Source of the DNA: Macrostomum lignano
Lineage: Eukaryota
Assembly (NCBI GenBank): GCA_002269645.1
Contig: NIVC01000363.1
Location: forward strand, 1-64,000
Direction: 5' to 3'
Length of the DNA: 64,000 bases
Shown: piece after piece, positions 1-13,427 of the stretch
How the letters are laid out: each line of letters opens with the position of its first letter
Numbering within the stretch: the stretch's first letter is position 1
The notes under the pieces: generated by a model
What the model was told of the DNA's origin: nothing
Databases searched by the model: none
What the model saw: the letters and a program-made list of their open reading frames with translations, nothing else
Program-made: the position numbers and the translations under genes

Positions 1-2994
1 ATTCGATCCGGACACTCGGACAGAACTGTGATAGTCAACATTGACACTCGGACAGAATAGAGAGATTCAACTCGGACACTAGGACAGAATAAAGAGATTT
101 AACTCGGACACTAGGATAGAACAGAGAGATTCAACTCGGACACTAGGATAGAATAGAGAGATTCAACTCGGACACTAGGATAGAATAGAGAGATTCAACT
201 CGGACACTAGGATAGAATAGAGAGATTCAACTCGGACACTAGGATAGAATAGAGAGATTCAACTCGGACACTAGGAAAGAATAGAGAGATTCAACTCGGA
301 CACTAGGATAGAATAGAGAGATTCAACTCGGACACTAGGATAGAATAGAGAGATTCAACTCGGACACTAGGACAGAATAGAGAGATTCAACTCGGACACT
401 AGGACAGAATAAAGAGATTTAACTCGGACACTAGGATAGAATAGAGAGATTCAACTCGGACACTAGGATAGAATAGAGAGATTCAACTCGGACACTAGGA
501 TAGAATAGAGAGATTCAAATCGGACACTAGGACAGAAGTGAGATATTCAACTCGGACACTAGGATAGAATAGAGAGATTCAACTCGGACACTAGGGCAGA
601 ACAGAGAGATTCAACTCGGACACTAGGACAGAATAGAGAGATTTAACTCGGACACTAGGATAGAATAGAGAGATTCAACTCGACACTGGGGCAGAACAGA
701 AGATTTAACTCGGACACTAGGACAGAATAGAGATTTAACTCGGACACTAGGATAGAATAGAGAGATTCAACTCGGACACTAGGATAGAATAGAGAGATTC
801 AACTCGGACACTAGGATAGAATAGAGAGATTCAACTCGGACACTAGGACAGAAGTGAGATATTCAACTCGGACACTAGGATAGAATAGAGAGATTCAACT
901 CGGACACTAGGGCAGAACAGAGAGATTCAACTCGGACACTAGGACAGAATAGAGAGATTTAACTCGGACACTAGGATAGAATAGAGAGATTCAACTCGGA
1001 CACTAGGACAGAATAGAGAGATTTAACTCGGACACTAGGATAGAACAGAGAGATTCAACTCGGACACTGGGGCAGAACAAAGAGATTCAACTCGGACACT
1101 AGGACAGAATAGAGAGATTTAACTCGGACACTAGGATAGAATAGAGAGATTCAACTCGGACACTAGGATAGAACAGAGAGATTCAACTCGGACACTAGGA
1201 CAGAACAGAGAGATTTAACTCGGACACTAGGATAGAATAGAGAGATTCAACTCGGACACTAGGACAGAACAGAGAGATTTAACTCGGACACTAGGATAGA
1301 ATAGAGAGATTCAACTCGGACACTAGGCAGAACAGAGAGATTCAACTCGGACACTAGGACAGAATAGAGAGATTCAACTCGGACACTAGGACAGAATAAA
1401 GAGATTTAACTCGGACTCTAGGATAGAATAGAGAGATTCAACTCGGACACTAGGACAGAAGTGAGATATTCAACTCGGACTCTAGGATAGAATAGAGAGA
1501 TTCAACTCGGACACTAGGGCAGAACAGAGAGATTCAACTCGGACACTAGGACAGAATAGAGAGATTTAACTCGGACACTAGGATAGAATAGAGAGATTCA
1601 ACTCGGACACTAGGATAGAATAGAGAGATTCAACTCGGACACTAGGATAGAATAGAGAGATTCAACTCGGACACTAGGACAGAAGTGAGATATTCAACTC
1701 GGACACTAGGATAGAACAGAGAGATTCAACTCGGACACTAGGGCAGAACAGAGAGATTCAACTCGGACACTAGGACAGAATAGAGAGATTTAACTCGGAC
1801 ACTAGGATAGAATAGAGAGATTCAACTCGGACACTAGGACAGAATAGAGAGATTTAACTCGGACACTAGGATAGAACAGAGAGATTCAACTCGGACACTG
1901 GGGCAGAACAAAGAGATTCAACTCGGACACTAGGACAGAATAGAGAGATTCAACTCGGACACTAGGACAGAAGTGAGATATTCAACTCGGACACTAGGAT
2001 AGAACAGAGAGATTCAACTCGGACACTAGGGCAGAACAGAGAGATTCAACTCGGACACTAGGACAGAATAGAGAGATTTAACTCGGACACTAGGATAGAA
2101 TAGAGAGATTCAACTCGGACACTAGGACAGAATAGAGAGATTTAACTCGGACACTAGGATAGAACAGAGAGATTCAACTCGGACACTGGGGCAGAACAAA
2201 GAGATTCAACTCGGACACTAGGACAGAATAGAGAGATTTAACTCGGACACTAGGATAGAATAGAGAGATTCAACTCGGACACTAGGATAGAACAGAGAGA
2301 TTCAACTCGGACACTAGGACAGAATAGAGAGATTTAACTCGGACACTAGGATAGAATAGAGAGATTCAACTCGGACACTAGGACAGAACAGAGAGATTTA
2401 ACTCGGACACTAGGATAGAATAGAGAGATTCAACTCGGACACTAGGCAGAACAGAGAGATTCAACTCGGACACTAGGACAGAATAGAGAGATTCAACTCG
2501 GACACTAGGATAGAATAAAGAGATTTAACTCGGACTCTAGGATAGAATAGAGAGATTCAACTCGGACACTAGGACAGAAGTGAGATATTCAACTCGGACT
2601 CTAGGATAGAATAGAGAGATTCAACTCGGACACTAGGCAGAACAGAGAGATTCAACTCGGACACTAGGACAGAATAGAGAGATTTAACTCGGACACTAGG
2701 ATAGAATAGAGAGATTCAACTCGGACACTAGGATAGAACAGAGAGATTCAACTCGGACACTGGACAGAATAGAGAGATTTAACTCGGACACTAGGGCAGA
2801 ACAGAGAGATTCAACTCGGACACTAGGACAGAATAGAGAGATTTAACTCGGACACTAGGACAGAATAGAGAGATTTAACTCGGACACTAGGACAGAATAG
2901 AGAGATTCAACTCGGACACTAGACAGAATTGAGATATTCAACTTGGACACTAGGACAGAATAGAGAGATTCAACTCGGACACTCGGACAGAATA
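1..2994. repeat. 32-bp minisatellite array (~93 copies, runs off the window start)
   Basis: Consensus ATTCAACTCGGACACTAGGATAGAATAGAGAG; period 32 (e.g. TCAAC at 131 and 163); recurrent variant units. Confidence 0.97.
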
Positions 2995-3049
2995 GGAAAA
3001 TTTGAATCAAATCGATAATTTATGATTTTAATCAACAATGTATCTTTAA

Positions 3050-4332
3050 CTAGACTGACGCAACCATCTGCTGTACGGACACGAGTTCGATTCCTTTCAG
3101 CTGCTGCTGCCTCCTCAATTGCCGTCTCTGCTGGGCGGATCTCCTGACAGGTAGCAGCAGCTGCTGCTGTGCCTGCGGCGGCAGCGGCGGCAGCGCAGCC
3201 ATTGTTGCCGATGCCAGACCCGTGGCAGCCCGTGAGCTCCTCCAGTTGCCCCTGGCAACCGTCTGCCGCAGCCTCATCAGTCTGGCCAGCTGGCGCCGGA
3301 ACGCCTCGCCAGTGGCCAAGTAGATGAACAGCTTGACTGCGCTGTGGCTGACGGCCAGCAGTGACACCAGGCTGCTGGCCGTGGCGTGTCGAAAATAGCC
3401 CGCAACCTCCGGCAGGCGACCTTCGGACATGCCGGCCAAGACCTCTGAGTCGGTGAGGTTGCACGTGGCCGAGTGCAAGTAGTCGGTTCCGGCCGCGTGG
3501 AATCCGAGGAAGAGCATCACGGACACCGGCAGCATGACGCCCAGCTGGTAGAAAGACACGCACAGCAGAGTCGCTGTGGTTGTTCGCCGCCTGCTCGGAT
3601 CGCCAGCGTGGCGTCTTGCTCTGGTGAGCACCAGCGAGTTGAACAGCAGGATGGTCAGGGGAGTGACAGCGAAGAACAGGACCTCGGTAGTCTTGCTCCA
3701 GGCGTGGTACAGACGGTGCCTGGGCGTTCCCGGTTCGAACACCCGCTCATCATCCAGGCACTGTTGACGAGCAGCATCGTAGCGAAAGAAGCAGAGCTGC
3801 ACCAGCGCTAGCGGCAGGCAGACAGTTGCTAGGCAACCGGAAACAACCAGAGAACGCCTCGGTGTGCTCAGGCGTCTGCTAGCGAACGGATGAAAGATTG
3901 CAGCGTAGCGCTCGACAGTGAAGGCCAGAATTAGCAGCGGGAGAGGTACTGCAGCCACAGGCTGAACACGGGAAACGCGCTGCACATCAACCGGTTGTCA
4001 ACGACGCTTAGATCGTAATAGGCGTGCAGGTGCCAAGGCAGCTGCTGCAGCAGCAAGAACGCCGCGTCCAGCACCGCCAGAGCGCTCAGGTAAACGCTGG
4101 ACGCGGTGCGAAGTCGCCGACTGGACCAGACGGCCAGGCTGAGCAGAGAACCGGGCACGCCCAGGATGATCCAGACGGGCAGGATGAGGCGGACCAACTG
4201 CACCACCAATGGAGCAAAAGCCTGCATCAGTCGGAGAGTGCTGGAGTGCCGGGTCACGATGCTGTGTCGACAAATAGACATCGGCGTGACTGCAGACGAC
4301 TCGTTGGTGGCAGTGAAGTTTAATGAATTCAT
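3050..4332 (-). CDS. Rhodopsin-class (class A) 7TM GPCR, FMRFamide/peptide-receptor-like or Srw-like; single exon, ~427 aa if a 1-bp frameshift at 3939-3941 is corrected
   Basis: ORF 4332-3931 gives the N-terminus, TM1, TM2 (LAVLD) and start of TM3. ORF 3985-3050 continues with PLLILAFTVERY (DRY-like), TM4-TM7 (SHSAVKLFIY). Adding one C to TAC CTC TCC CG joins ...LQYLS to PLLILAF.... Confidence 0.88.
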
Positions 4333-4644
4333 GTCTCGGCAGGCAGCGAACGCTGTGTCAAAGTTTCCCCTACTTTCTGAATTGGATTAGGTGCAAATTT
4401 ATACTCGTAAATGATGGAGACAGGCCTCAGCCAATGGGAATCTTAGCTTTCTAATCTGAGAAAAGTACTCGTTCCTGCTTCCAAACATCTCACTTTAAAT
4501 TTCGCAAGGCAAGACTAAATAAAATCAATTCGAACTCTTACTGTGAGACAGGTGCTGGAAAAAATAGCGGGTTTAAGGACCGAGAGGTTGGTGTTTTCGA
4601 ACCACAGAAAAGTGTTTTGCGAGCAGAAGGACAGGTAGCACCAG

Positions 4645-4975
4645 AGAGACAGGTGTTTTGGTACCATAGAGAGACAGGTGTTTTGGGACCATAGACACAG
4701 ACGTTTTAAGACCATAGAGACAGGTGTTTTGGGACCATAGAGACAGGTGTTTTGGGACCATAGAGACAGGTGTTTTGGTACCATAGACAAACAGGTGTTT
4801 TGGTACCATAGACAAACAGGTGTTTTGGGACCATAGACAAACAGGTGTTTTGGGACCATAGAGAGACAGGTGTTTTGGGACCATAGAGAGACAGGTGTTT
4901 TGGGACCATAGAGACAGGTATTTTGGGACCATAGACAGGTAATTTGCTAATCATAGAGACAGGTGTTCCTGGACC
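4645..4975. repeat. 22-24-bp tandem repeat upstream of the GPCR
   Basis: Unit (GA)GACAGGTGTTTTGGGACCATA repeated about 13 times. Confidence 0.92.
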
Positions 4976-5589
4976 AGTGTTCCTAGACCAGTATCATATT
5001 GTTACTACTCTGTTCCATCTGCTGTGTGCTATTTTTATCTTGCTGGTTTTTTCGGTTTTCTCAATCTGACATGTCTATTCGCAATATCTTACTAACCAAA
5101 GTAAAGGATAACGAATACAGGTGGAATTTTCACCTAGTTTTGCTGGACAAACCACTTGTCTTAAGCTCCAAAATTTCACTAGATATCGTAGTAGCACATG
5201 TACTTTTAGGATTGACCGGCTGTTATAAAATAACAATTAACACCAATTCAAAAATCAATACCAATATTTAACCATTTTTAATGATATCCACTATAGAAAA
5301 CAAAAAAATGTAGAATTCTAAAATAAAATTTTTATTTAGTATGCAAGAACAATTAGCATTTTTATAACGTTAATTATATCCATGGCAAGAGCATAAAAAA
5401 CACAATGCTTTTAAAGGATTCAAAAGCAAAAGCAAGAAGATACACAGAGAGTTGCGTGTGCATATTAGTAGATTAAAACTGCTTTTTTCATTTAGCTATA
5501 TCAATGTTTTTAGCTGCCAAGAGCCAAGAGGAGCCAAGAAAGAATGGAATAAAATTATTGAATAAACTGCATGTAGCTTCTGACTCTCA

Positions 5590-5833
5590 GCCTTGACTTC
5601 TCGCAATTCCCATAGCAAGCCTTGACATCTTAGCAATTCCCCTAGCAAGCCTTGACATCTCAGCAATTCCCCTAGCAAGCCTTGAAATCTCAGCAATTCC
5701 CCTAGCAATTGCCTTGACATCTCAGCAATTCCCCTAGCAATTGCCTTGACATCTCAGCAATTCCCCTAGCAAGCCTTGACATCTCAGCAATTCCCCTAGC
5801 AAGCCTTGACATCTGAGCAATTCCTCCGTAAGC
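5590..5833. repeat. ~30-bp tandem repeat
   Basis: Unit GCCTTGACATCTCAGCAATTCCCCTAGCAA, about 8 copies. Confidence 0.92.
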
Positions 5834-6844
5834 CAGGCTGTGAGGTCAAACCCGCACAGAGAGTTGCCGAAATCTGTTAAAATCATGCATCAGATAAGTT
5901 TATTACCATGGTAGCATTTTGGCAGACAACCTATTGTAAGCTATGCAGAATTTTAGACTGCAGCAGCCCTCGTGTAGCAGATTTATAATATGAATCTTTG
6001 TACAGGGGTGCCTCAGGGTAAAAATATACTAGATAAAAAGTCTATAATTTTTTCAACTCAATCGATGATAATATTCAGGAATAATAAACAGCAGCAAGGC
6101 AGCATTAAAAGCAGCAAAAAGCGGCGTGTATTGAAACTATGAAAAATTACAATAGCATTTTAATATCAGGCTTAAACAGGCAGGCAGAGAGACCTCGCGC
6201 GGCACAGAGAGAAGAGAAAAGCAAAATAAAAGACATTTCTACACACATTGCTTCCGGGTTGAAGTTCTTGGAATGCCGTGAAACAGTACTTTGAGTTGCT
6301 TTCATCTGACAGGCTTGGAAAGAATAAGAGCCGAGTTGAGCTAAGCTTTTTTTATGAAATGTCTGGAAGCTGGGAAGGCAAAAGGAGACGATGAAGGAGC
6401 AGACTAAGTAGGAAGCTGAGAGCTACAGTTGCGGATCCACTGGGGGCCTTGAAGTTTTCGAAGATACGCGGGCCAGGTACGCGACTACGAGGGGGAAGGG
6501 GAGGGGAAAGATGCTGAGGAAAGCGGTGGGAGCAAACAGGGAGTGAGGCAAATGTACCAAAGCATTATTTGTTCTCCATTAGTTCGATCGTGTGCTATAG
6601 AACTTTTAGACTATATGCGAGCGACTTATTTCAAACAAAAAACTGATGTTTGAAAATCCTGATTCTAGCGAGCCGCGAGTGAAGGATGGATGAGCGGAAA
6701 TGGACACCACGTAGGAACGGTTCCGAGCTACATTAAGTTAAAATACAAGTCTCGCTTGTGTGAAAATTTCGGTAGGTTGATTTCTGGAATTTCTGAATCA
6801 CAAAGAAATTATAGCGCTTCAGATGGAAGTCTTCTGGAGTTAAG

Positions 6845-7265
6845 TTAGGGGTTAGAAGGACGCGGAGGGAGTGGGTGTCGGTGCTAGGGGTTAGAAGGAC
6901 GCGGAGGGAAGTGGGTGTCGGTGCTAGGGGTTAGAAGGACGCGGAGGGAAGTGGGTGTCGGTGCTAGGGGTTAGAAGGACGCGGAGGGAGGTGGGTGTCG
7001 GTGCTAGGGGTTAGAAGGACGCGGAGGGAGGTGGGTGTCGGAGCTAGGGGTTAGAAAGACGCGGAGGGAGGTGGGTGTCGGTGCTAGGGGTTAGAAAGAC
7101 GCGGAGGGAGGTGGGTGTCGGAACTAGGGGTTAGAAGGACGCGGAGGGAGGTGGGTGGTGAAACACGGAGGGAGGTGAGTGTCGGAGTTTGAGGTCAGAG
7201 GAGCGCGGAGTGAGGTGGGTGTCGGAGATAGGGGTAAGAAGAGCGCGGAGAAGGGGGTGTCGGAG
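6845..7265. repeat. 40-bp G-rich tandem repeat, degenerating rightwards
   Basis: Unit CTAGGGGTTAGAAGGACGCGGAGGGAGGTGGGTGTCGGTG; period 40 (6901 and 6941). Confidence 0.92.
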
Positions 7266-7624
7266 TTATGGGGTAAATGACCCCGGGGATCCGCCCCCGC
7301 CCCTTCCACCTGCTTCCACCTTCCACGCCCCTTCCCTTGCACGGGAGCAGGTTCCCAGCTGAGGATAAGATAGATTGTGCATAAATATCAGGCAGGCACT
7401 CTTTCAATTAAATTAATGAGCGAAACTGTATTATAATGACGACTGCAAGTGCATAAAATATTTAACGAAATTATTTCTTCATCAGTAGGACTCAAGCAGG
7501 CGCCGCCACCTTCTCAGGCTCATCCATATTCAGGTCACGTGCGCCAATAACTGTGGCCTGATAGAGCTGTGATAGAGACAAGAGAACAAGTTCGCTAATG
7601 CTCTCCCACATGGGACAGGCTGGC

Positions 7625-9673
7625 CTAGAGCTCAGTCGCGCAGACTCTTCTGTACCGCTGCTGCTGTTGCTGCAGTGGCGGCTGCAGCGGCTGCGGCTGC
7701 CTTGAGTTCGCAGAGTCATTCAATAGAGCGGCGCCTGCAGCCGCATTCGCCACTGTCGAGCAGTCAGCCGGGCCTCCAGCTGCACTGGCGGGCTGCTTGC
7801 TGGCAGCTCGAGTCGTGTAGATGTAAAAGAATTCGACAATTTCCACAACGAACGCGCAGGTCAAGCCGATAGTGAGCGAGCACAGGCCGCCAATCTGCGA
7901 CATCAGCGCGTTCAACGTCAGCACCTGTTTCTCCTCTTTGAGTACGAGATTTTCGCTTTTCCGTTTGAGCACAACGTAAGCGAAGTTTTTTGATTCGACC
8001 ATGTCTTCAACTTGCCCGTCGGCGTCGCCTACCGTGGTCAGATTCTCCTGCGTCAGGTATCGCATTAGGCGACTTTTGACCGCGCCGAACCGCTCCCTGA
8101 GCTCCGGGAGCGGCTTCGCCCTCTCGTCTCGGTCCTGAATCAGACTGCTGAGGTCTTCAATGTCGTTGACGAATTTGCCTGACCAATATACTTGCCAGTC
8201 TGTGGCGCCCCAGTAGGTCACGGATGGCTTCGTCTCGTACTCGGTGAGGATGCACCGTGGCAGGCAGTTTGCCTCAGTCAGGCTCTCCAGGACGCCAACA
8301 TAGCAGTTCAGCTGGTTTAAGAAGTCGTCGAAGGTTTTGTTGTAGGCTCTGGTGAACGAGGCGCAGTACGGCAGCGCTATGCTGGGCGTTTTCGGCCGGG
8401 GAAAACCGGGCAGACCGATAATGCAGTTGCAGCGAGCCATCACCTGGCGATTTGGCGTGGTAGATAGTTAAAATCGCACGCGAAAATAACCTAGATACAG
8501 TTTAAATTAAACTTAACATTAAAATTTGTAACACTGCACGAATTCTGAAGCATCTTTTGATGCCGCAAACAACTCGATTGGAGTCGTATCTATGTCAAAT
8601 TTAGTGAAATCCAATGAGATGCTCCAGGTATTTTAGAATCATACCTGGTCCTGAATGTGCTTGTTAGTGCACTCCCGTTGGGTGTACCAGAACTCTCTGC
8701 CAAGATCCTTGAACGACTCGCCGCTGAGGATGCAAGGATTCACTGGCGTGTTGCTGCGGTTCCACAGCGTCGGGGTGTAGGCCAGCTCCGTCATCTTGCC
8801 AGACTCGACGTTCATGCCGAAGTGCTCCACGTTGGGGTATCGGTTGGGCTCGTGGATGACCACGCGCAGTCCGGTGGCCTGGTCGAAGACGTCGTTGAGG
8901 AAGCCCTGCTGAAAATTTGCATAGTCGGGCTTCGGTCCCAGGTCAACTGCCATGCCGAGAAAGTAGGTCTCAATGGACGAAATGGGATTACTAGGCTCAA
9001 CCGTGTAACAGTTCAGGTGCTTCGGATGCGAGAACAGCTTAGTGCTGAAGCCGTACTCAGTCAGGTTGCACGGATCTTTGAAGTAGCTCATACCGCCGCT
9101 GTTCTTCAGGATGCACTTCCGGATAACGCTGGGCTCGTGGCTGAGAACTGTGATGTCCCGCAGCTGGATGTTCTGATAGTACACTTCCAGCATGTCGTAG
9201 TAGAGCGCGTACGATATGGGATCCGTACTGCCGATCGTTGAGAAATCCTCCGTGCGATTGATGATGCTGATGGCCCACTTTCTCAGCAGCTTGTTGTACT
9301 CTCTAGGCGACAGCACCGAGCGGTTTGCCCAGAGTTTGAAGGCTCGATTCGAGAACGGCTGATGCAGGCAGACAGTTATGGCCGGAAATGGCGATCGCTG
9401 ATTCTGAATGTCCGAGATGTGCACGATGACGTCATACTGCAGGTAGGAACGCACGGACAGCGAGGCGGAGACAATCAGCACTAGCGTCATCACTACGACA
9501 AAGGTGAGCCACATTTTTCTGAGAAAATTTGACGATGAGCGCGCGATTTTCGGCATGCCCCGGATCGAGCTGCACTCGCAGAACAGCATGGCGCAGCTGG
9601 ACGACTTCGAGCCGCCGCCGCAGGCTGCAGCCGATACTTCTGGCTTCCTGCCTCCTGCAGTTGAAACATTCAT
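7625..9673 (-). CDS. DEG/ENaC/ASIC-family (amiloride-sensitive) ion channel subunit, 615 aa, join(9673-8645, 8443-7625)
   Basis: Exon 1 has the pre-TM1 motif FCECSSIRG, TM1 and FPAITVC. A phase-0 GT-AG intron at 8644-8444 (CAG|GTATGA...CGCCAG|GTG) joins ECTNKHIQDQ to VMARCNC (thumb cysteines). TM2 is LMSQIGGLCSLTIGLTCAFVVEIVEFFY. Confidence 0.93.
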
Positions 9674-9949
9674 CAGTTCAATAAATTTTCATGACAAGAA
9701 ATGGTAAATTACATGCCTGAAGTCTACATCTATTCAGAAACCGCGAGATCGCACAAACTAATTTGATTATTTCAAGACTTCGTTCTTTATTAGTGCTATT
9801 TGATGACATGCCATCTTTCGAATAACCAGTGAGCACTTTGAGCAACTAAAATATTCATGAAAAATATTAATGGCTCAGCATATGGAGACCCGGCTTGCAT
9901 CGGAATGCCTCGCCTTGCGACGAGTTCTAGAAACAGTCCCATACTTCTG

Positions 9950-10665
9950 GATGAGCTCTCACCTGACAAGCATCACCCAATGATTAAGCAATGGATGAGC
10001 TCTCACCTGACAAGCATCGCCCCATGATTAAGCCATGGATGAGCTCTCACCTGACAAGCATCACCCAATGATTAAGCCATGGATGAGCTCTCACCTGACA
10101 AGCATCACCCCATGATTAAGCCATGGATGAGCTCTCACCTGACAAGCATCACCTCATGACTATAAGCCATGGATGAGCTCTCACCTGACAAGCATCGCCC
10201 CATGACTATAAGCCGTGGATGAGCTCTCACCTGACAAGCATCACCCCATGATTAAGCCGTGGATGAGCTCTCACCTGACAAGCATCACCCCATGATTAAG
10301 CCATGGATGAGCTCTCACCTGACAAGCATCACCTCATGACTATAAGCCATGGATGAGCTCTCACCTGACAAGCATCGCCCCATGACTATAAGCCGTGGAT
10401 GAGCTCTCACCTGACAAGCATCACCCATGATTAAGCCATGGATGAGCTCTCATCTCATGACTATAAGCCATGGATGAGCTCTCACCTGACAAGCATCACC
10501 TCATGATTATAAGCCATGGATGAGCTCTCACCTGACAAGCATCACCCAATGATTAAGCCATGGATGAGCTCTCACCTGACAAGCATCACCTCATGACTAT
10601 AAGCCATGGATGAGCTCTCACCTGACAAGCATCACCCAATGATTAAGCCATGGATGAGCTCTCAC
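9950..10665. repeat. 44-45-bp minisatellite ~280 bp upstream of the channel start codon
   Basis: Unit GGATGAGCTCTCACCTGACAAGCATCACCCCATGATTAAGCCAT; period 44 (10081 and 10125). Confidence 0.95.
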
Positions 10666-11272
10666 CGGACTAACACGCATCATCCCATGACTGAGCAGCA
10701 TAAGTTCCAGGAACATCACCGATTAATTATATATATATCTGCCCATTTGTCAAGCGAGTCTGTTCGCTTCGATTGCAAAACAATTGATAACGAACATCCC
10801 GGCGCGGTGTCTCTTGACAAAACAATGATATTCACCGCGAGCTTCCCCAGGCTTAATTCAATCACAACTTATCCTCAATCGCGTCAATTGTTCAATAGTG
10901 TTGGATTAACAGAAACTGACTACTGACTAACTGATCTATCTATTCTGCATTCTTTCTTCTTTGCTGACTGATGGCATCATTCACGAAAATCCTAACTGAT
11001 CGATAATATATATATATGCTCGTAACTACCAAGCCGTGGGCTAATGCCGGAAGGTGTGTGGCATTAAAACAAATCAGATGAAACAATACACCCAGTCAAA
11101 CTTGGATTGCCAATCTCAATGTGTCATAGGAATTATTCTGACTCGGAAATATTTTTGTACACATTTGACTGCTTCCGTATCTTCAAAACTCAAAATTTTG
11201 GTTTGGTAAGGTTTCTACAGTGTATTATCTAGATATCAATAAAATTCAGCTACGTAACTTTTGCTGGATGCC

Positions 11273-11650
11273 TTCAGTGTGCCTCTTAGTGTGCCTCTTA
11301 GTGTGACTCTTAGTGTGGCTCTTAGTGTGACTCTTAGTGTGACGTTTAGTGTGGCTCTTAGTGTGACTCTTAGTGTGACTCTTAGTGTGCCTCTTAGTGT
11401 GCCTCTTAGTGTGACTCTTAGTGTGACTCTTAGTGTGACTCGTAGTGTAACTCTTAGTGTGCCTCTTAGTGTGACTCTTAGTGTGCCTCTTAGTGTGCCT
11501 CTTAGTGTGCCTCTTAGTGTGACTCTTAGTGTGCCTCTTAGTGTGCCTCTTAGTGTGCCTCTTAGTGTGCCTCTTAGTGTGACTCTTAGTCTGACTTTTA
11601 GTGTGACTCTTAGTGTGCCTCTTAGTGTGACTCTTAGTGTGCCTCTTCTT
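11273..11650. repeat. 12-bp tandem repeat
   Basis: CTTAGTGTGACT / CTTAGTGTGCCT units. Confidence 0.95.
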
Positions 11651-12297
11651 GTGCCCACTGATAATTGAGCCAAACAGTGGGAATCCATCAATAAAATTAA
11701 AGTCTTCCAACCTTCAAAATAACACAACCTAGAAAGTACGGTGCTCATTTAAAACAAAACTGAGTCATTTTTCGAAGACTAGCCTATCTTTTGCACAAAA
11801 GAGTTAAAACTTGAAGCCTACCCGCGGCTTTTGCTGCGCTTCCTCTAAAAGCAGTAGAGCAAAGCGCGCGTGTAAAGAAAGTCCCCCCACACTTAAAGCG
11901 ATGTCCATTTTTTATTCTGCAATTAGCAAAGCTGGGAAGGGGGGTCGCGGCGGCTTAAAATTCTGCATTATAAGAGACTGAAAAATTTGAGTCTCTTTTG
12001 CGCGTTCAGGCAGCCGGCCTCAGTGTCTATACTTTTGCTGCGGTGACAGCCCGTCTCTTTTAGTAGCAGATCCTTCCCAATCCCACCAGGTGGCCATGTG
12101 TGACTGCTCACTCAGCCATGAGCATTTCCTGGCATCTACGTTTCTTACCTGACAATACCACCTACCTCCCCCAATTAAAGCGAAAACTGAAGTTTCGCAT
12201 GAGGAAAAAAGTTTAACAATAGCGAAAGTTTTTTTGACACATATCGGAAATCGTGCAGCTCCTCTGAGGATGGCTGCATCAATCACCTCCCTGTCTG

Positions 12298-12602
12298 ACA
12301 CTCTTTCACTCTCTCACTCACTCTCTCACTCTTACTCTCTCACTCTCTCACTCTCTCACCCTCTCACTCTCTCACCCTCTCACTCTCTCACTCTCTCACT
12401 CTTTCACTCTCTCACTCTCTCACTCTCTCACTCTCTCACTCTCTCACTCACTCTCTCACTCTTACTCTCTCACTCTCTCACTCTCTCACCCTCTCACTCT
12501 CTCACTCTCTCACTCTCTCACTCTCTCACTCTCTCACTCTCTCACTCTCTCACTCTCTCACTCTCTCACTCTCTCACTCTCTCACCCTCTCACTCTCTCA
12601 CT
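12298..12602. repeat. CT-rich microsatellite (CTCTCA / CTCTCTCA)
   Basis: Directly visible. Confidence 0.95.
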
Positions 12603-13393
12603 ATTTTTAATCTTTCCTGTTAATCTTCTTATCTTGTAACTCCTTTCGCCATTCCATTTCTTATTTAGCTAGAATTTATCGTGGATTATAAGAAGCGCAT
12701 TTTCTGAGTACTTCAAGCATTTCTCAACTCTGCTAACGACTGTTTTACTTTCACTTTTCTCGTAGCAAATGTTTTGAACAATCTGGCCCTCACTGTCTCA
12801 CCCCCGTGTCTGTGCCATCTGTTGCAGTGAAGAATTCAATCAGGTCCTGGGTGACTCAATTAAAATTGGGCCCGAGGTTTAAAGTAAATGCGATACGCAA
12901 TTCATATTCCTGGCCTTTTGCCTGGACCTTTGAAGCACCCTTGTGAGGAAATTCTAACTGGCTCAACTGACAGCTGCCTAATAGATGCCGCTGTGTTGAT
13001 TTTGGTAGGGACTGGGAGTTTAATTGCGACTGTCACAGGTAGATGTGAATGTGACAGAGATTGTGACTGTGATCATGACTTCTTTAGCCTGTGTCTGAGA
13101 CAGTATCACGTTCTAAACAAACCAAATCTGAAAGAACATTTTAAACTAATGTGAAACACAATCTAAACAAATGTGAAACACAATCTAGACTAATGTGAAA
13201 AACTATTTAAACAATTCTGAAACAAATTCTTTAAAAAATCCCAAACTAAAAGGTTTTAAACATAAAAAATTCTAGAGGATCTCATAAACTGGTGAAGACA
13301 CAAAGAGCAGAAGTAATGAAGTTCTGAATCACAAAGCTCACCTTTTCTTGAGCCAGAGAGGGGCTTGTTAGGGCTTCCAGCTTCCAACTGCAT

Positions 13394-13395
13394 CA

Positions 13396-13427
<32 letters not shown>

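Noticed and set aside
1-2994. 32-bp repeat array resembling a CRISPR array
   Set aside because: Units are contiguous with no unique spacers, no cas genes are present, and the context is eukaryotic. The same holds for the other arrays.
6845-7265. TAGGGGTTAG in the 40-bp repeat as telomeric sequence
   Set aside because: Four G and a single occurrence per unit; not (TTAGGG)n.
6431-7298. GCGGATCC...GGATCCGC as MITE termini
   Set aside because: Only 8 bp of complementarity and no TSD.
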